Source: Opitutales bacterium
GTDB lineage: Bacteria > Verrucomicrobiota > Verrucomicrobiia > Opitutales > PNEW01
DNA length: 64,000 bases
NCBI GenBank assembly: GCA_965197745.1
Contig: CBDANS010000006.1
Span: 1 to 64,000, forward strand
Reading direction: 5' to 3'
Shown here: positions 11,001 through 20,562 of the stretch, piece after piece
Layout of the letters: every line of letters starts with the position of its first letter
Position numbering within the stretch: position 1 is the stretch's first letter
Made by a program: the position numbers and the translations under genes
The notes under the pieces: model-generated
The model's input: only the letters and a program-made list of their open reading frames with translations
Database searches by the model: none
Told to the model about the DNA's origin: nothing

Positions 11001-12192
11001 GCGCCCTGACTAAACGAGCCAGTACTTGATAAATATTATCAGTGTAAGTTTCGACCGTATATTTTTTGCGCGCTGCTTCCCATGCCTTATTTCCCATTTG
11101 TCGAGCCCATTCAGGATTATCGACTAAACGTTTCATACACGCTGCAAGTTCTTTTTCCTCTCCCTCATATAGCAATCCCGTTTTCTCATTTTCAATAAGT
11201 TCCGAAGTTCCTGCGTTATCATACCCTATAACAGGACGAGAGGCGGCCATCGCTTCAATCGTGACACGCCCCATAGCTTCGTATTTTGAACACATCAATA
11301 GAGCATGAGACTGCAGATAGACATTTTCAGTGGATGCCAAATGTCCGGTAAATTCTATGTTTTTAATTATACCCAGGCTAATGGCTAAAGACTTTAATTT
11401 ATCATAATTACCATCACCAACGATACGTAATCGTAAATGCGGGTAGTCTTTAATTAAAATTGAAAGCGCTTTAATCGCAATATCCTGTTTCTTGATAGGT
11501 TGTATCATTCCGACCAGTGAAAAAATAAACGGATCATCCGGCAGGTGCTGAGAACTTGATTTTATTTTCAGCCGCTGAAAATCCTCAACGCTGGCAACAC
11601 CATTGTAGATTACGTGAAAATTTGCGGCTCTTCTGCCTCCACTTACATAATGTGATTTAACGGCATGAGAAACGGCAATAACCGCATCAGATGACCCTAT
11701 GATAGAGCTATGCAACGATTTTCCCCAGTCAAAACAAAATCCCAGACCCAGGTCATTGAACTCTCGAATATGCCATACATGCGGCCGCTTAATTGCCCTC
11801 GCAGCCCAGGCTCCGGATGGCAACACCGTTGAATTGGTATATATAATATCAACATCCCATTTTAAAAGCTGTTTCTTGAGTATGGATAAACTCTTAAGAT
11901 TAACCATTAATCGCCTGATCGTGTCCCTACGCCAACGAAAATAATTACGGAGATGTTTGACCGGGTTAGACGAAAAATTCCAAAAGTTTTCCCACCATTC
12001 TGAGACCCACCACTTCAATGGTATAATTGCATAGGGAACTGATTTTTTTATTAATTCCTCGGTAACAGCACCTTCAGCAGGGGCGATTACAAATGGCTCC
12101 ACACCTCTCGCCAGTAAACCATCAATTAAATTGAGAAGGGAACGGTTCGCCCCGTAAAGCGCCGTGGTGTGCGTAAGGAATGCTACTTTCAC
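10990..12192 (-). CDS. Glycosyltransferase family 4
   Basis: LYGANRSL, WHIRE, EAMGRVTIEAMA (E-x7-E) motifs. Confidence 0.9.
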   Translation of the reverse strand: MKVAFLTHTTALYGANRSLLNLIDGLLARGVEPFVIAPAEGAVTEELIKKSVPYAIIPLKWWVSEWWENFWNFSSNPVKHLRNYFRWRRDTIRRLMVNLKSLSILKKQLLKWDVDIIYTNSTVLPSGAWAARAIKRPHVWHIREFNDLGLGFCFDWGKSLHSSIIGSSDAVIAVSHAVKSHYVSGGRRAANFHVIYNGVASVEDFQRLKIKSSSQHLPDDPFIFSLVGMIQPIKKQDIAIKALSILIKDYPHLRLRIVGDGNYDKLKSLAISLGIIKNIEFTGHLASTENVYLQSHALLMCSKYEAMGRVTIEAMAASRPVIGYDNAGTSELIENEKTGLLYEGEEKELAACMKRLVDNPEWARQMGNKAWEAARKKYTVETYTDNIYQVLARLVRARAS

Positions 12193-12299
12193 TAAGCTGA
12201 AAACGAAATAAATGTCATGAATATCATGGAGTTAAAAGAGCGGTCTATTTCCGCGCCTCTGCATACCGAGACCCCGGTTTTTATTCTAATCCATTTTCA

Positions 12300-12450
12300 C
12301 TAATGCTCCAGAAAATGTGAACTGTATACTAAATCAGCACAATTATTGGGTAATGGAATGCTTATCCGTATAACACATTCGATTAGCTCACTGGATTTAC
12401 TGGTAAAATCAAAATTATACCAACTGCTGAGAAATCTATCACACAGCCTC
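12300..12450 (-). pseudogene. Degraded fragment of a class I SAM-dependent methyltransferase (Methyltransf_11-like)
   Basis: Manual translation: GC(G, with 1-nt frameshift)DRFLSSWYNFDFTSKSSELIECVIRISIPLPNNCADLVYSSHFLEH*; resembles the LGCG...W.N.D...IP.P...D.VY.SH.LEH pattern; no start codon and early stop. Confidence 0.65.
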
Positions 12451-12470
12451 AGCTAATATGTGTCTTTTTA

Positions 12471-13199
12471 TTATCCCGATGCATCACTATCGTACAAATG
12501 CTGGTCAATCCCGATTACGTTGAAATGGTTACCCAAATATCCTATGGCGATACCACCTTTAATATATTGCCGGTCAAAATCACAGCAAAGGTGTTCTTTC
12601 CATTTATCGATAATTATTTGCTCACCTTTCCTCTCAATATCATCTAAAATGATGGTTATGTTGTCGGAAAAATAGGGTTTTAAAACAGGCACCGCTGGGT
12701 ATCGGGACATCATTGAATTTCGATCATAAACTGGTGGACCATCGACAAGTAAAAGATCTAATTTAACATTCTCAAGATGAGGTTTGATCGCATCAATGTC
12801 ATACCATAACAAATCATCAAGTGAATTGGATTCATCAACCAAAGGGGCAGTTATTATAGTTACATGGGCATCTGTTTTCTCATCTCTCAATTTGCATCGT
12901 ATCCAGTCGGCCCACTTTTCATCATGCTCAACCGAATACAGATGCCCTTCATATTGCTTTAATAACCTTGCGATATAGATAGTTGAAACACCACTCCCTA
13001 ACTCGAAGATATATCTTCTCTGATTAATTACGATTTCACTTAAGACAACAAGCAAGCCACTCGGTCTAATTGCTGAATCAGAAAAAGGAATAAAAGGCCC
13101 AGATAAATGTAAAAGCTGTGTCAACGCGTTATTATCATGACTCTTTTTCAATAGAACCCTGATGGGCGTAGCGACAGGATAGAGAAAATACCTGCGCAA
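12471..13199 (-). CDS. Class I SAM-dependent methyltransferase (Methyltransf_24-like)
   Basis: FELGSGVST motif I, SVEHD, LLVDGP, IILDD. Confidence 0.8.
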   Translation of the reverse strand: MRRYFLYPVATPIRVLLKKSHDNNALTQLLHLSGPFIPFSDSAIRPSGLLVVLSEIVINQRRYIFELGSGVSTIYIARLLKQYEGHLYSVEHDEKWADWIRCKLRDEKTDAHVTIITAPLVDESNSLDDLLWYDIDAIKPHLENVKLDLLLVDGPPVYDRNSMMSRYPAVPVLKPYFSDNITIILDDIERKGEQIIIDKWKEHLCCDFDRQYIKGGIAIGYLGNHFNVIGIDQHLYDSDASG

Positions 13200-13216
13200 A
13201 GGATTGATGGCTTGTT

Positions 13217-14140
13217 TTATAATTTTTTTAATAGTCTTTTTAATTGATGTTTAAAACGAGAGAGCCGAGTCAAACTGAAACCTGAAGCCATGGCTTCATA
13301 AATTAAATCTGCCTTGGTGTTACGGATTATCTTTGCCGGATGGGAGAGTGGATTATCTGCTTTAAAGACGGGTATATTACTGAGGGGATGATCTACAGAT
13401 AGAGTATGCGTTGCATCCGGACGAAGACCTATATTTTTAACTAAATTTCTGCGTGGTGAAATACAAATACCATTATATGATCTTATCGCAAAAAACCACT
13501 GGTTATCCCAAATGTGAATTTGATCCTTCGAAACCTGGGTCCAATATCGTTTTCTCCTGTTTATTTCGACTTCAGAATTAAATATTGAATAAATTTCAGA
13601 TAAATCCTTTTTTTCATCCCATCTTTTCATTTCATAATCAAAATGCTCCCAGGCCCGTCTCCAGGTAGCCCATCCCCAAACCATCGAATAGGCTGAAAAG
13701 AAATAGGAATCAGATTTTGGAAGACCAGGCGGATTCCAACTCGTACCGCTAATATGCATTACTCGCGGTTCATCCTCGTATTTAATTAAGAGCTCTTCAG
13801 CAAAATTGAAAAAAGAAATATCGGGGATGCAGTCATCTTCCAGAATGATAGCCCGATCGACTTTCTGAAACACCCAGTCAACACCGCTCGACACTCTTTT
13901 CCCACAACCGAGATTTTTATCTGAATAGTCTTTGCATACTTCGCAGGGCCAATCGATACCATTGTCAATAATTTCTCGTGTCGCTTCACATTTTGAAATA
14001 TCTTCCGGTTGCGATGGACGAGGGCCATCGGCAATAACAAAAAGCCGGTCCGGTTGCGCCTCACGTATGCGTTCAAATACCGTGGAAGCTAAATCAGGTC
14101 GATTGAAAATAACTAAGGCTATTGGAGTTTTTAAAGACAA
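13217..14140 (-). CDS. GT-A fold nucleotide-diphospho-sugar transferase (GT2-like)
   Basis: IFNRP, IADGPR, NLGC, ILEDD, WGWATWRRAW motifs. Confidence 0.8.
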   Translation of the reverse strand: MSLKTPIALVIFNRPDLASTVFERIREAQPDRLFVIADGPRPSQPEDISKCEATREIIDNGIDWPCEVCKDYSDKNLGCGKRVSSGVDWVFQKVDRAIILEDDCIPDISFFNFAEELLIKYEDEPRVMHISGTSWNPPGLPKSDSYFFSAYSMVWGWATWRRAWEHFDYEMKRWDEKKDLSEIYSIFNSEVEINRRKRYWTQVSKDQIHIWDNQWFFAIRSYNGICISPRRNLVKNIGLRPDATHTLSVDHPLSNIPVFKADNPLSHPAKIIRNTKADLIYEAMASGFSLTRLSRFKHQLKRLLKKL

Positions 14141-14150
14141 TTGTTTTTAT

Positions 14151-15488
14151 TTAATAAGAGACTAAATTTTTTTCAAGGTGTTGGAAAAGCGGTCTATAGC
14201 ATTGTTCATAAGTAAGTTTTTCTCCAACCAGCGCAGAGGCACGAGATTCCAATTTTTCACGTCCCTCCTTTTCCTCTAATAAATTTATTACCGCATTTGA
14301 AAAGTTCTGCACGGTATTGGCTAAGACAACACCCTCTTTCAAAAAAGATAAGCCGTGAAGTCCGATCGAAGTAGTAACGCATGCCTTAGAATAAGAGCAG
14401 GCTTCGACTAATTTTGTTTTAACACCCCTCCCCTCTAAGAGAGGTAATATTACAACCTCGGCTTCCTCGTATTCTCGATCCAGGCTGTCAACCACACCCT
14501 TGAAAATCACTCCCGGGTAAATTTCGCTAAACGACCTGCTTATAGTGCCGCAGACGTGAAGTGTAGCATCAGGTTTTGAATTTATGATAAGCGCCCATAT
14601 ATTATCAAGAAACCACTGAAGGCCGCTTACATTGAAGAAGGCGAGGCTGCCCACAAATAGACAGCGTCCAGTAATTTGACGTTTTGATCCGGATCTCGCG
14701 GACATGGCCTTCGGGGTGACAATGATATTTTTATCCGGGAACATTCCGCGGAAATAGTGAGCGTCCTCCTCGCTGATAGCGGCAATAGCATGACAATCGT
14801 TTAACCAGCGCTTTTCATTCTTTAAACTCACTTCATTGGAGTCGATCTCCTCGAAAACAAGATTCTCATTTTTTAATTTTATGAGCTGATGCCAAACGTC
14901 GGGACAGACAACAAGACGAAAGCAGTCGGTTAATTCCGATATTTTTCCCAAAGCTGCATTCATCCAGGCGTAATTTGCAATTATTATCTCTGGGCTATAT
15001 CTCTTCACATTAATCCTTATAAAATTAATCTCATTCTCTGAAGGTTCATCACTCCAAGCGGGCTCGATTATGACATCAGCGTTCTCCTTTCCCCGTCTCT
15101 TGCGTTGAGATTGGAGAATGGAAAACAATCCTAATCCTTTCAGAATTTTTTTTACCCGATTCATCCATCGCGCCTTCGCGGGCAGAAGCCATTTTCGAGG
15201 AAATACTTTCAGCCGTCCGAGAGAAATAGCCCCCGGGAGAGAGAGGGTGAAAACCATATCGATATATGTGGGAACCAAGAACCAACCATGTTTGATAATA
15301 AAATCATTATGTTGGGTCCAACAGACATGAATGCGGTAGCCATTATTTTCTAAAAACTTTAATATATCAAAAAGATAAGATGCCGAACCTTGTTCACCAG
15401 GAATAGGGGAACTTCTGGTAGCAACGAAAATTTTCTTTCGTTCGGCCACAAGCAGATTAAATTTTTCTAAAGTGATGCCGTATGGCAA
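14151..15488 (-). CDS. Glycosyltransferase family 4
   Basis: GRCLFVGS, LPLLEGRGVKTKLVEA, VTTSIG; clear similarity to 3465-4766. Confidence 0.8.
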   Translation of the reverse strand: MPYGITLEKFNLLVAERKKIFVATRSSPIPGEQGSASYLFDILKFLENNGYRIHVCWTQHNDFIIKHGWFLVPTYIDMVFTLSLPGAISLGRLKVFPRKWLLPAKARWMNRVKKILKGLGLFSILQSQRKRRGKENADVIIEPAWSDEPSENEINFIRINVKRYSPEIIIANYAWMNAALGKISELTDCFRLVVCPDVWHQLIKLKNENLVFEEIDSNEVSLKNEKRWLNDCHAIAAISEEDAHYFRGMFPDKNIIVTPKAMSARSGSKRQITGRCLFVGSLAFFNVSGLQWFLDNIWALIINSKPDATLHVCGTISRSFSEIYPGVIFKGVVDSLDREYEEAEVVILPLLEGRGVKTKLVEACSYSKACVTTSIGLHGLSFLKEGVVLANTVQNFSNAVINLLEEKEGREKLESRASALVGEKLTYEQCYRPLFQHLEKNLVSY

Positions 15489-16935
15489 TCAGGGCTAAAG
15501 CTATAAATAAGAATAATGCCAGAATAGAGAGGGAAATGAATACCCCTTTATATAAAGGATCGGAAAGACTCAGAAGATGGATCCCTTCCACCGGAAAGAG
15601 GAAATAATACTGTTCTACAGGACCTTTAGATAAATCGTATTCAAGCTGGCCCAATCTCCAGGCATAAGAATGGTTGATAAGCTCAAAACAGGTTTGCAGG
15701 AGAAAAATTATTGCAAAAACCTTCGGCCATATCCCATAGGTTGACAATTTATTCTGCAGCTGAACGCAGGAAAAAATAAGTAGAAAGAGGAAGGGAATAA
15801 CTAACAGCCTTGAAGTTACACGTTCAGAATCAATGAGAGGCAGAGGCAATTTTGAGATAATCAGATAAAAGTATGAAAAAGAGAAAACGGTCATAATCAA
15901 GATAGCGATATTCAGTTCTTTGTATTGCGGCATCTGATTTTCCGATCGCGATATCACCCTTGTATAAATTCCGTAATAAATGATGAAGGCCAGGGCAATG
16001 ACCCCGATAAAAAAGTCAAATTCCCACCATCCCAAATTATAGTTTTCTAATGCGCCGCCAAGACGATCCGCGGAATGATTTTTGATTGTGGTTAAAGCAT
16101 CAATGAACACGCGCACTGACGGGTAACCCGAGATAAATGAATGCTCATGACTCCAAAAGGTAAGGGCAGAAGTGCAAAACCTGAATAACCCGAGCAGTGC
16201 GCCTAATACACTAACGGTAATGAGAAATGTAAAGTTTCTCCGGTTGAAATTTGAAAGGGTAAAGATAAGTAAAAAAAGATGACACCAGACGAAGATGTGA
16301 AAAGCTCCCTGAAGAAGCATTAGAAATAGAACCAAACTGCAAAGAATAGCCTTTTGATAAATATTATTCCCTTCCAAATAATCTAAAATGATCAAGGCAA
16401 ACGGGGGGAGAAGAAAGTAAGCCATCCACGTGATGTGCCCCACCGCCAGACGGCTGGTAATATAACCGTTAAAATTAAAGAGGAGAAAAAATAGAGAGAA
16501 TGTAAAAAGGGAAAAATGGAATTTCCGTTTTATTAACAGCCCACCCCAGAAACCGAGGGAATAAAAGATAAGGGTGTTGACCCAAACGTATTGCTGTGGA
16601 TTTAAAAATTTAAGGAGATAAATTTGTGGGGAGAGAGTAAGGCTGGGGATAGTTAAAAATCGTTTAGTCCCCCACTCCTCCCAATTAGTATGAAATGGCA
16701 ATTGGTTTTCATTTACCGCCTTTTGTAAAGTTAGAAGATAGAGTTCCACTTTACGCCAGTCATAAGCTTCAAATTCCATCGCGCCTGAACGATAGAAAAA
16801 ATACCAATGACCACACCCCATGATAAATAGAGCAATGAGGAAAAGTATGGCCAGGGCGCGCTGGGTAACACTATCTGAAATTTCTTTAAATAAGATACGA
16901 TCAATGAAAACAGCGCTATTTTTTAAGGTCTTCAT
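15457..16935 (-). CDS. Polytopic membrane protein, possible GT-C-fold glycosyltransferase or glycan-modifying enzyme
   Basis: About 11-13 hydrophobic segments, acidic residues (YDW) in the first external loop, located in the glycan operon. Confidence 0.45.
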   Translation of the reverse strand: MKTLKNSAVFIDRILFKEISDSVTQRALAILFLIALFIMGCGHWYFFYRSGAMEFEAYDWRKVELYLLTLQKAVNENQLPFHTNWEEWGTKRFLTIPSLTLSPQIYLLKFLNPQQYVWVNTLIFYSLGFWGGLLIKRKFHFSLFTFSLFFLLFNFNGYITSRLAVGHITWMAYFLLPPFALIILDYLEGNNIYQKAILCSLVLFLMLLQGAFHIFVWCHLFLLIFTLSNFNRRNFTFLITVSVLGALLGLFRFCTSALTFWSHEHSFISGYPSVRVFIDALTTIKNHSADRLGGALENYNLGWWEFDFFIGVIALAFIIYYGIYTRVISRSENQMPQYKELNIAILIMTVFSFSYFYLIISKLPLPLIDSERVTSRLLVIPFLFLLIFSCVQLQNKLSTYGIWPKVFAIIFLLQTCFELINHSYAWRLGQLEYDLSKGPVEQYYFLFPVEGIHLLSLSDPLYKGVFISLSILALFLFIALALIAIRHHFRKI

Positions 16936-16942
16936 GGTTAGA

Positions 16943-17728
16943 TCAACTCATTGGTTTTTTCAGGACCAGACATTGGGTTAATACCGGATAATAGCCGATC
17001 ATATATTTTTCCAGGGAGCTTTGAATTTCCTGGATGTTGAATTCTGGAGTGCCGTATATCTCCTCTGGCTTTCCAATAGAGATTTCAAAGGGCGCCTGAT
17101 CAATGATCCATCTAACGTCCCTGTTTTTCCCGTATTCATTACACTCACGCCGGGTAAAAGGTGATAAATTGAGAAAAAGGTCGATAGTCAGAATAAACAA
17201 CCCCCCCGGTTTGAGACTACGGTAGGTATGTTTCATCACCTCAGCTATCTCATCATTCGCTAAATGCTCAATAACACTGATGGAAAAAGCCCGATCATAA
17301 CTGGCTTCTTCAAGGTTGGATTCTCTTACCGTAGCGTTGCGTAATTCTACATTCGTTTTAAAGCGTCGGTTGAGTGTATTCATCGACTCCTGATTGCAAG
17401 GCCAACCGAGATATTCCATGCCGGGATCAGTATTGACGACACTACATCCCATCTTGCTGAGAACGAATTGGAATCCACTCAATCCACCTCCGATTTCCAG
17501 AACCCGCATCCCCGGACTAAGGGAAGCAGAATAATAGGCCCAGGGATACTCAAATTCTCGAGTGGGATTATTTCCCTGAATGGCAAAGGGACCGAGAAGG
17601 CGTTCCCATAATTTATGAGGCATCCATTTTTTTATAATTCCGATTCGTTTCCTCGTATATCCATGAGGAGCGCCATGGACAAGATTCCAACGACGATAGT
17701 GATCAGGCAGTTCTCTGGGAGCAAGCAT
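16943..17728 (-). CDS. Class I SAM-dependent methyltransferase
   Basis: VLEIGGG motif I, SISVIEH, LKPGG. Confidence 0.85.
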   Translation of the reverse strand: MLAPRELPDHYRRWNLVHGAPHGYTRKRIGIIKKWMPHKLWERLLGPFAIQGNNPTREFEYPWAYYSASLSPGMRVLEIGGGLSGFQFVLSKMGCSVVNTDPGMEYLGWPCNQESMNTLNRRFKTNVELRNATVRESNLEEASYDRAFSISVIEHLANDEIAEVMKHTYRSLKPGGLFILTIDLFLNLSPFTRRECNEYGKNRDVRWIIDQAPFEISIGKPEEIYGTPEFNIQEIQSSLEKYMIGYYPVLTQCLVLKKPMS

Positions 17729-17774
17729 CCAACAATCTATTTTGAATTTCAGATAAAATCATATTCACTTTATC

Positions 17775-19064
17775 CTAACCCGTTTGAAGCTGCCAGGATG
17801 TCACTGGACCTAATAACCCGGGTCTTGCTTCGACCCAGTAAGGCGAATCGCTCAGCCCCCCCTTGATTTCCAGGTAAATGCTCGGTCCAAGTACTCCGGG
17901 TTCGCATATCCACTGCTGATGGTAGATGCCAAGAAAGAGATCGAGCCGGTATTCTCCTTCATTGAGATACCTGGCGGGAATGTGATTACGCAATACGCAT
18001 TTCCCTTCGGGCAGTTCCTGCCATTCACGCTCGGACCTGTCACGATTAGTGCTCCAGTAGAGCATGGGTCCGCTCGCATGAAAAATCCCAAAACCAATTT
18101 GTAATCCCGGATCAGGCTTGTTGACCTTCCCTTCAATGCTCACCCAGATATCGCCATCGTTCTTTACCGGAAGGGCGAGTTGTTCCCCATTCACGTCGCT
18201 AAGATAAAAACGTTCGGGAATGAACCACGGATTGTCCCACTCATTCTTTATATTAATCCATTCGGTGGTAATACTCTCTGAAGTGGAGGCCAGGAGATAC
18301 TGACGGACGACAGCGCCAACGTTTTCACTGTAGTCTTGTATGCGTCCCTCATTGAGATGGATGCATTGATTGCATATAAATTCGACGGCATTCATGTTGT
18401 GACTGACAAAGAGGACCGTGCGGCCCTGGTTGCTGGAAACTTCATTCATCTTGCCAAGACATTTTTTCTGAAAAGCAGCATCTCCCACCGCCAGGACTTC
18501 GTCGATGACAAGGATTTCCGGTTCAAGGTGAGCGGCGACAGCAAAAGCGAGACGAACATACATACCACTGGAATAACGTTTAACCGGAGTATCAATAAAT
18601 TTCTCCACTCCTGAAAATTCTACTATTTCATCAAACTTGCTATTAATTTCCTGCTTGGACATACCGAGAAAGGCTCCGTTGAGAAAAATATTTTCACGAC
18701 CGGTTAAATCGGGATGGAAACCGGTGCCCACTTCGAGGAGAGAAGCCACGCGGCCTCTCAATTTTGCTTCACCGCTCGTCGGCTCCGTAATCCGGCTGAG
18801 AATTTTCAGAAGTGTGGATTTACCCGCACCGTTTTTCCCGATTATTCCGAGTACATTGCCGGGTTCCACGGAGAAGGAAACATCTTTAAGCGCCCAAAAA
18901 AGATCATCGTGCGTTTTGTTCTTTTTATCAATCTCATGATCACGGTCTTGTTTCTTAAATCCCTGCCACAATTGTTGGATTTCTTCTCTCAAGGTAGTCG
19001 ACCCGAATTGCCCTAATCGGTAAGCTTTAGAAAGTGAATTAACTTCAATGATCGAACGACTCAT
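17775..19064 (-). CDS. wzt: Polysaccharide ABC transporter ATP-binding protein with C-terminal Wzt_C-like domain
   Basis: GKNGAGKST Walker A, YSSGM signature, IDEVLAVGD Walker B, about 170-aa C-terminal extension. Confidence 0.92.
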   Translation of the reverse strand: MSRSIIEVNSLSKAYRLGQFGSTTLREEIQQLWQGFKKQDRDHEIDKKNKTHDDLFWALKDVSFSVEPGNVLGIIGKNGAGKSTLLKILSRITEPTSGEAKLRGRVASLLEVGTGFHPDLTGRENIFLNGAFLGMSKQEINSKFDEIVEFSGVEKFIDTPVKRYSSGMYVRLAFAVAAHLEPEILVIDEVLAVGDAAFQKKCLGKMNEVSSNQGRTVLFVSHNMNAVEFICNQCIHLNEGRIQDYSENVGAVVRQYLLASTSESITTEWINIKNEWDNPWFIPERFYLSDVNGEQLALPVKNDGDIWVSIEGKVNKPDPGLQIGFGIFHASGPMLYWSTNRDRSEREWQELPEGKCVLRNHIPARYLNEGEYRLDLFLGIYHQQWICEPGVLGPSIYLEIKGGLSDSPYWVEARPGLLGPVTSWQLQTG

Positions 19065-19091
19065 AAAAACGCTGGCTTTTAGCTGCGTGCT

Positions 19092-19937
19092 TTAAACAGT
19101 ATCAACGAAGGTTCGCTGCACGCGGTTAAAGATTAGAACCCCACTGACCATGATGATTAAGGTTACGATGACTGAACTGGTGAGGATGAGAGGGGTTAAA
19201 GTCCCCTGGCCCAGGAACATAAAGCGCGTGCTTTCAACCACACTGGTCATGGGGTTGAGCGCAAGTATCCATCTGTATTGCTCGGCGATTGCGGTTGTAG
19301 GATAAATTATCGGCGTGGCATACATCCATACCTGGGTAATAAACTGGAGGGCATGGATGAGGTCCCGGTACTTCGCGGTGAGGGAAGCAAACCATAGTCC
19401 CACCCCTAAAGCCAAACATGCTGTTTGCAAAATCAAAAAAGGAAAAAAGACAATGCTTTCATTGATGACAAAAGTATCACCCACTGAGGTAAAATACTTG
19501 AAGTAAATAAATATTATCAGAAATGCTACTAATTGGATAGCCGCAGCGATCAGGCTTGAGAGAAGAAAACCCAGTGGCACCACGAGTCGTGGAAAATAGA
19601 CTTTTCCAAAGAGATGGGCATTAGTTCTAAAAGTCGCGGTGATACTGTTAAAGGATTGGCTGAAATAATTCCAGGCCAGGAGGCCGCTCATATAAAAGAG
19701 AACCGGAGGCAGGTTATCGGTTGATAGTTTAGCAACCCGGTTAAATATAATCGTAAAGACTACGGTCATTACTAATGGTTGAAAGACAAACCACAAAGGG
19801 CCGAGCACCGTTTGTTTGTACTTGGAGACAAAATCACGTCGCACAAGTAAGGTCAGGAGATCACGGTAGGCCCATATTTCACGCCATTCTACATTGAACC
19901 AGCTACGATCAGGTTTGATTGTATATTCGTCAGGCAT
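19092..19937 (-). CDS. wzm: Polysaccharide ABC transporter permease
   Basis: YRDLLTLLVRRDFVSKYKQTVLGPLW, YFPR, YRD, YATPIIYP, NPM motifs; adjacent to wzt. Confidence 0.92.
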   Translation of the reverse strand: MPDEYTIKPDRSWFNVEWREIWAYRDLLTLLVRRDFVSKYKQTVLGPLWFVFQPLVMTVVFTIIFNRVAKLSTDNLPPVLFYMSGLLAWNYFSQSFNSITATFRTNAHLFGKVYFPRLVVPLGFLLSSLIAAAIQLVAFLIIFIYFKYFTSVGDTFVINESIVFFPFLILQTACLALGVGLWFASLTAKYRDLIHALQFITQVWMYATPIIYPTTAIAEQYRWILALNPMTSVVESTRFMFLGQGTLTPLILTSSVIVTLIIMVSGVLIFNRVQRTFVDTV

Positions 19938-20035
19938 CGGGGATTGCGAATACGCGGGAATGGGAGTATGCGTGCATGCGTAAATGCGTAGACGTGAAAA
20001 TGTGTAAATGCGAATAAGGGGTAAAGCTAATAAGC
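19938..20035 (+). repeat. Degenerate 8-bp tandem repeat array (about 12 units, consensus close to GTAAATGC), left flank of the four-helix-bundle gene
   Basis: gggattgc gaatacgc gggaatgg gagtatgc gtgcatgc gtaaatgc gtagacgt gaaaatgt gtaaatgc gaataagg ggtaaagc taataagc. Confidence 0.85.
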
Positions 20036-20071
20036 AAAATGTCGTATCTGTGATTTATATGAAGCAGTCAA

Positions 20072-20434
20072 ATGACGCGAATAAAGACGCATAAAGATTT
20101 AGAAATATGGCAATTGGCTATTCAACTTGTTAAGCTCTGTTATAAATTTACACATGAATTTCCTAAAGATGAGCTATATGGTTTAACATTGCAGATTCGT
20201 AGAGCAGCTATTTCGATCCCTTCTAATATTTCCGAAGGTGCAGCTAGAAGCTCAAAAAAGGAACTAATCCATTTTTTATACTATAGCTTAGGATCATTAG
20301 CAGAGTTAGAGACACAGATCATTATCGCGGCCGAACTGGAATATTTAAAAGAATCAGAAAATACAATTGAAGAAATAGAAAAGATTCGTCGTAAACTTCT
20401 AAATTTTATAAAATATCAAAAATCTAAATCGTGA
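20072..20434 (+). CDS. Four helix bundle protein (23S rRNA intervening-sequence protein / S23 / bAvd-like family)
   Basis: HKDLEIWQ...FPKDELYGLTLQIRRAAISIPSNISEGAAR...FLYYSLGSLAELETQ family signature. Confidence 0.92.
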   Translation: MTRIKTHKDLEIWQLAIQLVKLCYKFTHEFPKDELYGLTLQIRRAAISIPSNISEGAARSSKKELIHFLYYSLGSLAELETQIIIAAELEYLKESENTIEEIEKIRRKLLNFIKYQKSKS

Positions 20435-20441
20435 AATAATC

Positions 20442-20554
20442 GCTTCTACGAATTAACCCATTCTCGCTTTCACGCATTACCCCATTCTCGCATTAACCCA
20501 TTTTCCCATATCCGCATCTCCACATATACGCATATTCGCATTAACGCTTCCCCG
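20442..20554 (+). repeat. Degenerate 8-bp tandem repeat array (about 14 units, consensus close to GCATTWAC), reverse complement of the left array
   Basis: gcttctac gaattaac ccattctc gctttcac gcattacc ccattctc gcattaac ccattttc ccatatcc gcatctcc acatatac gcatattc gcattaac gcttcccc. Confidence 0.85.
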
Positions 20555-20562
20555 CAAATCTC

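Noticed and set aside
20072..20434. 23S rRNA intervening sequence implied by the protein family name
   Set aside because: No rRNA sequence flanks the gene; the neighbours are wzm and the rfaH-like gene
19938..20554. Octamer arrays as a CRISPR array, or the four-helix protein as part of a diversity-generating retroelement
   Set aside because: The units are 8 bp, contiguous and spacer-less; no cas genes, reverse transcriptase or TR/VR pair is present in the window
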